Positions 18,991 to 31,500 of a stretch of DNA of 60,764 nt are shown piece after piece. This DNA is from an uncultured Methylococcaceae bacterium (GTDB lineage Bacteria > Pseudomonadota > Gammaproteobacteria > Methylococcales > Methylomonadaceae): assembly GCA_903918335.1 (NCBI GenBank), contig CAIXDX010000103.1, positions 1-60,764 of the forward strand, given 5' to 3'. The notes below the pieces were generated by a model. It was not told the DNA's origin. It searched no databases and was given only the letters and a program-made list of their open reading frames with translations. The position numbers and the translations under genes are program-made. Within the stretch, counting starts at the first letter, position 1; every line of letters begins with the position of its first letter.

Positions 18991-20706
18991 ATGAAAAAAT
19001 TATTATTAGGTGCGGCAGTTTCTGCAGCGCTATTTGCAGGTCATGCATCTGCTGCGATCACTGCGCTTCCTACGATTGGTACTGGCGCAACTCAAAGTAT
19101 CGATTTTTCTACAACTACTGGTGTGGGTCTTGCGGCTAACATCAAAGGTACTGCTTATTTCTCTGGTTCATCAGCAGCAACACCTTTCTTAGAAAAATCT
19201 ATTTTAAACCTTGCTGCTGCAGGTTCAAAAGTATACAAATACTACGATTCAGGTAAAGAAGCTTTCACATACTACTTTACTACAGGCGCTACTGTTCCAG
19301 CTGGCTCTGGTTTAACTGCTGGTAACAACTACGTAGTTCACAAAAGAGACAAAGGCGGTTCTGTAACTGGTGTCTTAGCAGCATCAGGTAACGCTGCAAA
19401 CATCGCTACTGTAACTTATAACACTACGCTTCCTACTGTTACTGGCAGTTTAGGTCAAGTCGCTGCAACAGTTTTTCCTTGTGCGGCACCTGCAACTTTA
19501 TCAACAACAGCTGCTAACTTAGTACCTTGTACAGGCGCAACTGCAATCGCTTTAGCTGTACCACCAGTAGGTACTGTATCAGTTAACTTAGCTGACGTTG
19601 ATGCTGCACAATTTGCTTCTGCATTAAACGGTGCAACTGCTACTAACAGTTTAGCAACTTTAGCGCCAACTATTGCATCTAACCCTGTTGCAACTCAAAT
19701 TTTTGGCGTGGCTTTAACTTTAAAATTGCGTGATGCGATGCAAACCGCAGCGATCGCATCAGGTGCTTTACCAGCGACATGTACTGCAGGTAACGAAACT
19801 GAAGCGTGTATGCCTAGCTTAACATCAGCGCAAATTACTGCATTGTTTGCAACAGGTCGTTTCAACGATTGGACTAACTTTGGATTCAATGGTACGGCTA
19901 CTGGTAACTTAGTTGCTGCGAATGGTACAAACGTGCCTGGTAACCCAGCTGTTCATATCTGTTCACGTACTGCAGGTTCTGGTACTTTAGCAACAACTCA
20001 AGTTTTGTTTGAAAATGCTCCATGTAACGGTACTGTTTCAGAAGCAATTCAATCTCCAGCAGCGTTAACAATTGCTGCTGAAGGTGCCGCTGGCGCAACT
20101 AAAGCTTACCATGCAACAACTTCTTCTGGTGAGTTAGAGAGCTGTTTAGAAACTTTAGATGGTTATAATGCAACTACAGCGACTTCAGGTACTACTATGG
20201 TTGCTAACAGTACATTTACATTACCTACTTTCTTAGGTACTGCTAACTTCCGTTGGGCTGTTGGTATCTTAAACACAGATCGTAACATTACTAACGCATT
20301 ACCTTACCGTTTTGTTAAAATCGACGGTTACTCTCCATCAGCAGCAAACGTAGCGGCGGGTAAATATAATTTCTGGTCAGAATTATCAACTGTAGGTACT
20401 GTGCCAACAGTGACTTCTAATCCATTAGGTTTTGGTTTATTACAATCTATGACTAGCCCAGCTACAATTGCTTTAGCTAACGTAACAAACCCAGCATTCG
20501 GTGTTACTGGTTATTTAGGAACTGCTGCAAATGCAACATACAAAACAGCTATCGCTCCAGGTACTTTAATCAATGCTGCATTTGAAGCAACTAGACCTGT
20601 TAACCCATTTACACATATGGTAGGTGCTGGTACTGCGGGAACATTAAACCATTGCCGTTCTGCTACTATCTTAAGTGGTACAAAATCATTACCCGGTTTA
20701 AACTAA
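18991..20706 (+). CDS. Secreted divergent PstS/DING-like (type 2 periplasmic-binding fold) protein, probable T2SS substrate or surface protein
   Basis: Signal peptide MKKLLLGAAVSAALFAGHASA from ATG 18991 (ORF track starts at 18919); SGSSA, GGSVTG, ADVD and RTAGSGT occur in PstS order; 8 Cys; own terminator. Confidence 0.6.
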   Translation: MKKLLLGAAVSAALFAGHASAAITALPTIGTGATQSIDFSTTTGVGLAANIKGTAYFSGSSAATPFLEKSILNLAAAGSKVYKYYDSGKEAFTYYFTTGATVPAGSGLTAGNNYVVHKRDKGGSVTGVLAASGNAANIATVTYNTTLPTVTGSLGQVAATVFPCAAPATLSTTAANLVPCTGATAIALAVPPVGTVSVNLADVDAAQFASALNGATATNSLATLAPTIASNPVATQIFGVALTLKLRDAMQTAAIASGALPATCTAGNETEACMPSLTSAQITALFATGRFNDWTNFGFNGTATGNLVAANGTNVPGNPAVHICSRTAGSGTLATTQVLFENAPCNGTVSEAIQSPAALTIAAEGAAGATKAYHATTSSGELESCLETLDGYNATTATSGTTMVANSTFTLPTFLGTANFRWAVGILNTDRNITNALPYRFVKIDGYSPSAANVAAGKYNFWSELSTVGTVPTVTSNPLGFGLLQSMTSPATIALANVTNPAFGVTGYLGTAANATYKTAIAPGTLINAAFEATRPVNPFTHMVGAGTAGTLNHCRSATILSGTKSLPGLN

Positions 20707-20750
20707 GCATAGTTTAAATTTGGCATATAACGGATTATAGCTAATGATAA

Positions 20751-20783
20751 AACCAACCGTCGCAAGGCGGTTGGTTTTTTTTT
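20751..20783 (+). terminator. Rho-independent terminator
   Basis: AACCAACCGTC-GCAA-GGCGGTTGGTT hairpin with a GNRA loop, running into a T tract that ends at 20783. Confidence 0.93.
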
Positions 20784-20812
20784 GTGGTTAAACTGACTGG
20801 AATTGTTATTGC

Positions 20813-20846
20813 TTGTCATAAATATTTAACGTTAACACTATAAAAT
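20813..20846 (+). promoter_or_regulatory. Pho-box-like promoter of tpsB-tpsA
   Basis: TTGTCATAAATATTTAAC (20813-20830), 10-bp spacer, TAAAAT (20841-20846), directly after the terminator. Confidence 0.65.
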
Positions 20847-20871
20847 CAGTTTATTACCGCCTTGCTATAAG

Positions 20872-22515
20872 GTGAAAAAACAGATTTTGGAAAGTATGCA
20901 AATTAAAGCAAAGAAATATAGTAAGTACTTTACTTTTGTTGTTTGGTGTTTATCGAGCAGTATTTTTGGTTTAAATGCAGATGTTGGAAATGTGCAGGAA
21001 ACTCAAAAAAAATCTGCTTCTACCTTTGACTTAATGGAACTACGTGTTAAGGGCAATACCAAATTAAATAAAAAAGAAATGGAACGGACTTTATATCCAT
21101 TTTTGGGGCCGAATAAAGATTTAGAAAGTGTTGATTTAGCTCGCACAGCTTTAGAAGAACTTTATAAAACCCAAGGTTATCAAACTGTATCGGTTGATAT
21201 TCCCGAGCAAGATGTTAAGAACGGTATTGTTTATTTACAAGTAGTTGAAGGTAAAATTTCTCGCTTACAAGTAAAAGACTCACGTTATTTTTCTATGGGT
21301 AAAATTAAAGAAACAGTACCTGAACTAGCTGAGGGTAATGTTCCACATTTTCCTACGATGCAAAAACAGTTAGCGGCTCTAGGGTCACAAAGTCCAGATC
21401 GTAAGGTGCAACCAGTTCTGCGGGCTGGAGATACTCCGGGCACTTTAGAAGTAGATTTAAAAGTACAAGATGAGCTACCTTTTCATGGTCGAGTTGAGTT
21501 GAATGGTCGAAATGCTCAAGGCACTGAGAGAATGCGTTTAGTATCCACTATGCATTACGATAATCTTTGGCAGTCTATGCATAGTGCCTCCCTAATGTAT
21601 ATGGTTTCACCTCAAGACTCTAGTGAAGTGCAAGTCTGGTCAGGCACTTATGCCATGCCATTATTTAACACTGATATGCGCTTAGCTTTGTATGGCGTTA
21701 ATTCTAGCTCTAATGTTGCTTATGCCGGTTCACAAGCTATTGTTGGGGCGGGGAGTATTTTTGGTGCTCGGCTAGTCAAGCCTTTTGCGGCAATCAATAA
21801 TTATTCGCATAGTGCTACATTTGGCATTGACTATAAAGATTTTAAGGAGAATATAAATCCCCTGGGAAGTTCGGGCTATGCAATACAAACACCTATTACT
21901 TATCTACCTTTTCTGACTCAATACTCTGGGAGTGTCAGAAGAGAATCCTCATTTACAAGTTTTGATGTAGCGTTGCATTTTTCAGTGCGTGATCTTGGTA
22001 ATAGTCAAGCGCAGTTTGAGAACAAACGCTATAAAGCCAGTGCCAGTTATTTTTATTTAACCGGCGATTTAAAACATCAACATGATTTACCTTTAGGGAT
22101 GGAGCTAAAAAGCCATTTTAGTGGGCAAGTTGCGGATTCACCCTTAATTAGTAACGAACAATATTCTATGGGTGGTGCTTTAAATGTCCGGGGATATTTT
22201 GAGACTCAAGCTTTAGCTGATTCAGGTGCATTTAGTTCATTTGAACTTTATTCACCTAACTTAAGCCATTTAGATAGTGAATATTTTAACAATTTTAAAT
22301 TATTCACCTTTATAGATGCAGCAAATGGATGGATTCAAAGTCCTTTAGGGGGACAAAAAAGTCAATATCATCTTGCTGGCACGGGAGGTGGGTTTAATTT
22401 TTATATCAAAAAATACTTATTGGCAGCGTTGGACGTAGGATTTCCGTTAATTACCTTAGGGCCTGTTAAAACAGGTGATCCACGGGTAGATTTTAATATA
22501 GCGACAGAGTTTTAA
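20872..22515 (+). CDS. TpsB (ShlB/FhaC/HecB family) two-partner secretion transporter
   Basis: POTRA motifs (V.GNT.L; LEELY..QGY; V.IPEQ....G.V.L.VVEG), VRGY loop-6 motif, terminal Phe. Start may be ATG 20896. Confidence 0.93.
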   Translation: MKKQILESMQIKAKKYSKYFTFVVWCLSSSIFGLNADVGNVQETQKKSASTFDLMELRVKGNTKLNKKEMERTLYPFLGPNKDLESVDLARTALEELYKTQGYQTVSVDIPEQDVKNGIVYLQVVEGKISRLQVKDSRYFSMGKIKETVPELAEGNVPHFPTMQKQLAALGSQSPDRKVQPVLRAGDTPGTLEVDLKVQDELPFHGRVELNGRNAQGTERMRLVSTMHYDNLWQSMHSASLMYMVSPQDSSEVQVWSGTYAMPLFNTDMRLALYGVNSSSNVAYAGSQAIVGAGSIFGARLVKPFAAINNYSHSATFGIDYKDFKENINPLGSSGYAIQTPITYLPFLTQYSGSVRRESSFTSFDVALHFSVRDLGNSQAQFENKRYKASASYFYLTGDLKHQHDLPLGMELKSHFSGQVADSPLISNEQYSMGGALNVRGYFETQALADSGAFSSFELYSPNLSHLDSEYFNNFKLFTFIDAANGWIQSPLGGQKSQYHLAGTGGGFNFYIKKYLLAALDVGFPLITLGPVKTGDPRVDFNIATEF

Positions 22516-22516
22516 T

Positions 22517-25500
22517 ATGCAAAATAAATCTAAGTTTTCTGAAGATTTTTTTAGGCTTAAGCCTATTGTGATAGGCGTTAGACTAGTTATTGCAAGTGGT
22601 TTGTTTGTAGGCTCAGGGTTGACTGAGGTCAATGCAAATCCGATATTAAATTTACCTGATCCTGTTATCCATGGTCTTACTATTACCGATGGTAGTGCAG
22701 CGCATGGTAATGCTACTATGACTATTAATGGCAATCAGGAGATTATTAACCAGACGACTAATAAGGCGATTATTGACTGGAATAGCTTTAATATTGGTCC
22801 GGGCTATAGTGTTAATTTTGTCCAGCCTTCTGCGACCTCTTCTGCGCTTAATAATATACATGATGCTAATGCGAGCCAAATTTTAGGCACACTAACAGCT
22901 AATGGTCAGGTTTATTTGGTTAATAACAATGGCTTTATATTTGGAAAAGATTCTTCTGTTGATGCCAATACATTAGTTGCTTCTGCTTTAAATATCTCTG
23001 ATGCCAATTTTAATGGCGGAATTATTCGTACTTTTGATAATAATAATGGTGCGCCCGCATTAAGTGGTGGTGCTGCAACGGATGCCACCATAAGTGTTGA
23101 CGCGGGTGCCAGTATTAAAGCAGGGCAAAGTGGAACCGTCATTTTAGCGGCACCTAATGTTAATAATTCGGGGGCAATTTCTGCAGATCAACAAGGTCAG
23201 ATAATCTTAGTGGCTAGTAAAGATAATGTTTATTTACAACCTGCATCTAAGACTAGTCCTTTTGCAGGTTTGTTAGTCGAGGTGGGTACGGGTGGAAATG
23301 TAAATAATAATGCAGGCGCAAACGTAGCGGTAAGAGAAGGTAATATTACTTTAGCAGGTTTTGCAGTTAACCAATCCGGTCGTTTAAGTGCAACGACTTC
23401 GGTGAATGTGAATGGTTCAATTCGTTTATTAGCGCGAGAAAATGCCCAAAATATAGGCACAACTGTACCTGTCTTAGACGCTTATCAAACTGTTCGTAAT
23501 GCAGGGCTTGTGAATGAACAAGACTCATCAGTTACCTTTGGTGTTGGCAGTTCTACTTCAGTTTTGGCTGATGCAAATGGTGGCACTGCCATAAATGGTA
23601 TCGCTCAACACCAATCCTATGTTGAGGTGAGTGCCGATAAGATAGAAATGCAGTCCGGCTCAGCAATCGTTGCAACGGACGGTGCTGTCAATTTAACCGC
23701 TCAGAATACATTAGACACTTCAATTTTAGCTGGTACGTTACCGGGAAACCCTGGACGAATTGATCTGCAGCAAGGTTCAACGATTGATGTTTCTGGTTCT
23801 ACCAATACGATCTTGCCGATGTCAAGAAACGTAGTGGGTGTCTCAGTCCAAAGCTTTAATTTGCGTAATTCACCCTATCAGCGTGGTGGGGTATTACAAG
23901 GTCAAACTATCCAGGTAGATGTACGTAATTTACCTACTATATTTGATGCCAGTAGTGCACCTGCCTCTATTCAACAAGGTATTAATGAGCGCTTAAGTGC
24001 GGGCGGAACGATTAATTTAAATTCCTATGGTGATGTGATTGTCAATAGTGGCGCAGTGGTTAATATTGCTGGTGGAGCTGTTACCTATCAGAGTGGTTAT
24101 CTCAATACAACTCAATTAGTTAATGCGAGTACTGGGCAAATAGTTGATATCAGATTTGCAGATCCCAATCAGCAATATTCTGCGATTTATGGTGTTTATA
24201 GTGAAAACCATGCGAAATGGGGTGTAAATGATTCTTGGAACATAATGACGCCTCAGAGTAGTGGTGTTTACGAGGCTGGTTATACCCAAGGAGCAGTCGC
24301 AGGTTCACTAAATATAGAAAGTCCGATTACTGCTTGGGCCGGACAATTAATTGCGGGTACCACTACAAATATTTATCAACGGACTAATCCTGCTTCTGGA
24401 GGGAGCTTTACTATTAATCAAGGAGATACCGCTGGCCAGTTTTTATCTAATCAAAATGTGATTTTTCAAAATTCACCAGTAGCACTGCAAGCAATAAATT
24501 TTAATGACCCTACTTTAGCTACGTCTACACCTATCATCTTATCGACTGATTTAGTGAATCGCTCGGGTATTAGTAATTTAAAGATAAGTACAAGCGGAGT
24601 GGTGACAGTAGCTAAAGATGCTAATTTATCTCTGGCCTCTAGTTTTACTACTCAAGTTGACAGTAATGGGAAAAGTGTTTTCACTCCATTATCAACATTT
24701 GCTATTAATGCTTCTACTATTAATATGTTGGGTTCAATCTATAATCCAAGTGGCAATATCAATTTAACAACTACTGTAAATCCTAATGATAACAATAGTG
24801 GGAAAATTAGTTTATTAGCAAATTCACAATTAAATGTTTCAGGGCGCTGGATTAATGATTTTAAAGATGGTGTTTCGGCGCCTTTAACAATCAATGGCGG
24901 GACAGTCAGTTTAACGTCAGCTTCAAGTATAAATTTTAATCAAGGAGCAACCATTAAAGCGGATGGTGGTGCTCAGCTAAATCTTTCCGGTAATGGGATT
25001 AATGCGGGTAATGCGGGCAGTATTAAATTAACCGCTACTGATTTTCAATTTAGTAGCCCTACTGAAACACAAACCGCGCTATCGGCTATAGGTTTAGGTA
25101 AAGGGGGTAGTTTAAACTTAACAAACACTTTTAATAAGATAAATATTGGTAGCAATAATCCCTCGGCATTTAATCTAGGTGTTACAAATGGATCTTTAGA
25201 TGTTGCGGTTAATGCGGGTTTTAGCTCTATTAACTTAAATAGTACGCAACAAGATATTATGCTAAGTGCCAATACAAACTGGTCATTTGGCACTAAAAAC
25301 AGATTGCTGAACAGTAATTATCGTGATGAATCCGGTGCTGCGACGCTTGCGGGTTTTAGTCAAATCACAACTTTACCAGAGAACTTAAGATCACCAGTCA
25401 CTTTAACTTTGAATGGCTACAATGGAGTCACGCTAGAAAAAGGTAGTCAACTTCATGTTGAAAAAAATTCAACGGTTAATATTACGGATAATCAAGGGCC

Positions 25501-28500
25501 GGGTATTTATATCAATGGTTTGATAGATGCTCAAGCTGGCAATATTAATTTGAAAATAAATCCGCTAGTGTCAGCTACTTATGACCCAACTCAAGCTATT
25601 TGGTTAGGTTCTCAGGGGGGGTTAAACGTCCAAGGTACTACAGTACTTAATCCGGTTGATGCCTTAGGTCGGCAAACTGGTACTGTGCTGAATGGTGGGA
25701 ATATTAACGTTTCAGCTCAGCAGGGCTATGTGGTATTGGAGCAAGGTTCTAACGTAAATGTAAATGGTACTAAGGCAAGCTTAAATGTCCCTGTACCGAA
25801 TTCTCTGCTTAATAATCAACAAGTGATTGGTTCAAATGCTGGTAATATTAATATTACTGCCGCTGAAGGTATTGTTCTTGATGGTGCAATCAGTGCTCAA
25901 AAAGGTTTAGCCAGCAACAGTGGCGGTAGTTTGAACCTAACATTGGATCGTGGTAGTAGAAATATACCAAATAATGATTATAGTTTTAGCTCAAATTCGT
26001 TACATATAGATGTCGTGCAGCAAAATTTACCCACACTGTCATCTAATGTGACATTTGGGACGAATTTGGATGCATTAAATCTAAATGGTCAAGCGGTGGT
26101 GAGTAGTAACAAAATTCAACAAGCAGGTATAGACAGTTTAAGTTTAAATCTGCCTTATCTTTTATCTTATGCGTCGTTTGGAGGGTATCCTAATCCCCCA
26201 GCGGGTGATATCCGTTTTTTAAATGATGTAACCCTTAATACAGCTTCTAGTATTGTTTTGAATGCACAAGACATTATTTCAGGAACTGACGGTGTTAATA
26301 ACGTCGGTACTGCGCAGCTAAATACCGGATATTTAAAAATAGGCTCTTCTTCAATAGATACTGTTGTCGATACTTCAGTATTAGGGAATGGCAGTTTTAC
26401 AGGTAATGCCAAGTGGATTGATCTGCAGGGTTCTTCTTTGTTGACGGGTTTTAATACGGTTAACCTCAATAGCCAGCATGATATAAGAGTAATTGGTAAC
26501 AATATAACTAGCTCTGATGTTAATCCCGTTAATAGTTTTATACCCAATACTTACACTGGTGTATTTCAAACGGCAGCCAACCTAAACTTAAATGCCAGTC
26601 AAATTTATCCAACTACCTTAACGCAATTTACTTTTAATGTAACCGATCCGACTAGTAGAGTTAGTATAACAGGACAGAATGCCGATGTTACGCCATTATC
26701 TGCGGCTGGTAGTCTAATTTTTAATGCTCCAAATATAAGTCAAGCGGGTGTTTTAAAAGCACCATTAGGCACCATTACGCTCAATGCCATTGATACCTTA
26801 TCTTTTGCTAATGGTAGCTACACCTCTGTATCAGCAGAAGGTCTTGTCATACCTTTTGGAACAGTTAAAAATAATGTATGGCAATACGCTTTAGCCGGAA
26901 GCAACGCTAATGCAAACTACGTATATAATCTTGCACCTGATTATCAAACTATAGGTAGCAAGAATATAACATTAAATGCACCTAATATTCAGTTAAATAA
27001 AGGCAGTGTTGTCAATGTTTCTGGTGGTGGAAATTTGATGACAGCCACCTTTCAGCCAGGTGGTGGGGGTGGTTTTGATTATTTAATGCCCGGTGGACAA
27101 CTTAATACCTCTTCATCGAATCCATATGATCTGATTATGCAGGGTATTTATGGTTATAAAAATGCTTTTGCAATTTTACCTAGTATTAGTAATTCAATAA
27201 CCCCCTACGATCCTAGTCTAGCGACTAACTTTGCAAATGATCCACGGGCAGAAGTCTACTTGAATGGTACGGCTAATTTACTAGCAGGATTTTATACGAT
27301 CCTGCCAGCTTATGATGCTTTATTGCCAGGGGCCTTTTTGGTGACGCCTCAAACTAATATCTTAAATCAACAAGAAACTAGTTATACCAGCACAGGTTTG
27401 CCAATTGTTGCAGGTTATCAAACGATTGCCGGTACTAATATACAACCTGCACTAAATAGTGGTTATCTAATTGAATCTAGTGCTCAAGTCCAAACGCATA
27501 CGCAATATAATATTAATTATGCAAATACTTTTTTTGCTAATCAAGCGGCTATTAATGGAACAAGTGTGCCTTTATTGCCCCAAGACGCTGGTCAAGTATC
27601 CATTAATGCTTCCACACAATTAGTTCTTGATGCTCAGTTTAAAGCATCTGCACCGAATGGTAGAGGTGCAAAAATGGACATTTCCGCAACAAATATTGAT
27701 GTGGTCAAATCAATAGATCCTGCTAATACTTCGGCTGGACTTCAAATTCTGGCTCAAAATTTAAATAATTTACAAGTAGATAGTTTGTTATTGGGGGGTA
27801 CCCGAATATTCGATAGTGCTACAGGTAATACGAATTTAACCGTCGCTGCTGATACGGTGACCTTTGATAAAGGCGTAACTATTCAGGCTTTCGATTTACT
27901 CGCGGCGGGCAAGGTAAGTGTTAATGTGTTGACTGGTGCTACCATTAATGCTTCAGGTAAGGTAAATACTGGAGATTCAAAGATTAACTTAACAGGGGAT
28001 AGTGCCTTATTAAGGGTTTCTGCTGATAAACAAATACAGCTTAATCGATTGCTTGATCCATACAATCCTTTCCCCGGTTCAACAGGGGATTTATTAATTG
28101 ACTCGGGCGCTACGCTTTCAGCTTCTCAATCGATGTTATTAGCGGCTAGTCATTCAACGATACTGAATGGCAATATTAATATGTCGGGTGGATCTATTAG
28201 TATGCTGGCTAATGCCATTAATTTAGGTGATGTTGCCGCGTTACCCGCTACTGCTTTAAATTTAACCAATCAAAATCTAACTAACATGTTGGGTAACGAT
28301 CTTACTTTAACGAGTCAGAGCGCGATTAATTTTTATGGTGATGTTGGACAACTTGTTGCTAATAATGTTCAGCCCATTCAATTTAAGAATTTAGTGTTAG
28401 ATGCTAATTCATTGTCAGGTTATGCTGGTGCAACGCTAGGCACAAATACTAGTAATGTTGCGATGTTAAAAGCTGACACGTTAACAATACAAAATACTAG

Positions 28501-31500
28501 TGGTTCTACGTCTACAACACCAGGGGCAGGCTCAGGGGCATTAGACTTAACGGCGACGCAATTTAATGTCGGTAAAGGCACACTGTCGTTTGATGGTTTT
28601 AGTACGACTAATATAAATGTAGATAAACAGTTTAACTCTACTGCAAATAGTGTGGTTAATTTGGCAACCGATCTAAATTTAACCGCTGGTTTGATCAATA
28701 CGACAGGCGGACACAGCCTGTTATTAGATGCGACCAGCGGTATAGGTCATAATGTGACCATTAGTGGAAATGTTAGCAAAACCACACCTGTCACTAATCA
28801 ATTAGGTGGAAGTATTGCAATTTCAGCCAATAATATTACTTTACAAGATGCCAATATATTAATGCCCTCGGGCACATTAAAGTTAACAGCGCAAAATGGT
28901 AATGTGTTGGTGAACGGTACGTCTAATATCAATCTTAAGGGAGAAAATGTTACTTTTGGGGATTTGATCAGTTACACCCAAGGTGGTAACTTTAGTGCGA
29001 TAGCGAGTAATGGAAGCATTAACTTAGCTAGTACTACTGCACTTGATATTAGTACCGGCGGTGGACATGCTGCAGGAGGTAGTCTTAAGTTAACTTCACT
29101 TAAAAATACTATTAATTTAGCAGGATCACTAAAAGCAACGGGTGCAAGTGCAACGATTGATACCTTAGATCTTTCGGGTACACAATTTGATTCTTTAATG
29201 ACTAAGTTGATGACGGCTGGCGTTAATCAGGCCGTTTATGTACGGAGTCGTACTGGTGATATTGTTGAGAATACCGCAATTACGGCAAAATCAATCAGTT
29301 TGGTTGCCGATGCAGGTAGTATCGACATTTTTGGCAAGTTAAGTACGGATAGTGTTGCTCAAGCAGGAAATATAAATCTTTATGCTGGGAATAACATAAC
29401 ATTAGAATCGGGTAGCGCAGTTTCAGCGACTGGGACAAAAGGTGGCAATGTTTTATTATCAGCATTAGGCACAGCTACTACGCCAGGTGGAATAATCAGT
29501 ATCAATACGGGAGCTAGTATTGATGTAACAGGTAGTTCTAGTTTACTGGGCACAAACAGCGCTGGTGGTACAGTGACTTTGGATGCAATGCGCAACACGG
29601 GTTCAACAGGTATTAATATCAACCCTATCAATGGCTCAATCACTGGGGCTAGTGGATTGTATGCAGTGGGTTTCAAAAAATATGATGCCGCTTTTGTAAG
29701 TAGTATGTCTACACCCATAGCCGATATTGCTAGTGCTTTGTCAACTGTCACAATACCTTATGGTATTTTATTCGATCCAAACATAGGGATGGGAAGCCAA
29801 CTAGATACCCTATACCTATTTTCAAGTGCTCCTGACTATTTTAATTTTTTAGGTAACGTATCTACGGATATAAACAATTACTTCAATACCCTGACTAACG
29901 GAACTTATTACACTAGTAATGACATAGCTGGCTTATCAGCAATTGTCCAACAAGAATTCAGCAATTTTATTAGTCTAGACCAAATAAGTGTTAATCCTGT
30001 TGATCTTGCCACTATAAATAGTGATTTGAATGCACTTGTAACAACATCAATGGCGGCTTACTTGGCTCCTGCGAGTACGAATTTTGCCGGTCTATCAAAC
30101 ACTATTAACACTGATGTCAATAGTTACATGAATACTTATGCCTCAACAATACAAACAAACTTAGGTCATAGTATTGCTGTACGCACCGGTGTAGAAATCG
30201 ATAATACGAATGGACCAATGACATTAGCATCTGCTTGGGATTTCTCTGGGTTAAGTAACAATGGTATATCGGGAAATAACCAAAATCCATTAATTACTTT
30301 TCAAAATCCTATAGTAGGGGACTTAATAGTACGTAGTGTAGGTCAGTTAAACATTAATGCTCCACTAACAGATGGCTATGTTAATGGTGGTCCGACTTTA
30401 ATGAACTCTGATTCTTGGTCGTTTCAATTAGTTTCAGGTGCTGATTTGAGCAGTGCTGATACCATGGCAACAAACAATTTAAGTGCTGCCGATAAGTTAA
30501 TCAATCCCAATATTGGTGATTTAACGCTTGGGTCAGGCGCTAGTGTGCATACCGGTACTGGAGATATTAATTTAGCTGCCGGTGGAAATATTGTTTTTGC
30601 TGATCAAACAGCTACCGTTTATAGCGGAGGACGTTCAAGCCAAATTGATCCTTATGGAACTTTAGATAATCAACATACAGGGTACGGATCGCCATATAAC
30701 GGTGCAGTTATGTATAGCTTTTATCCGAATGGTGCTTATCCTATCGATGGCGGCTCAGTCACTTTTCAAGCGGGAGCAGATATTTTCGGTGCTGTAAGCA
30801 ATCAATTTATTCAATCATCTTGGTTAAATGTTCAAGGACAGACACCTCTTATGTCTAATCTATTTAGTCTAACTGCCTGGATGGTTGATGCAAGTCAATT
30901 TCAGCAAAATATAGGGTCATTTGGTGGTGGGGCAGTTAATGTTAATGCATCAGGAAATATAAATGACCTATCTGTTATGATGCCTACTACTGGCAAACAA
31001 TTAGGCACAAGTAATACTACTAATGCTTTAGATGTTGAAGGTGGCGGCCTTATGAACATAAGCGCTGGTGGCAATATATATGGTGGTGCATATTATCTTG
31101 GTCAAGGCGTCGGTACAATATCAGCAGGAGGTGAAATTACCGGTAGTCAACAAATTAATGTTATGAACGCTTTTGTGTCTGGACCACAATTAGTGATGAG
31201 TGGCAACCAAAGTGATCCAATTAACGGTAATACTTCATTTACACTGAATGCAAATCAAGGCATCAAAATTTCCGGCGTTTCAGATGCAATGGTTTTATAT
31301 AAACCTAACGGTCCAGCGCCGGAGTTTTTCTCTTACACAGACAAGAGCAAATTGACACTAAATTCATTGGGTGGTGATATTCATTTAAATTCAGATACCA
31401 GTGTCATGACAAGATTGTTGAGCTGGAATCCCACTGATTATTGGCAAAATTTGGCTAATGTTTACCCCGCATCAATGGATGCAACAGCTTTTAATGGTAG

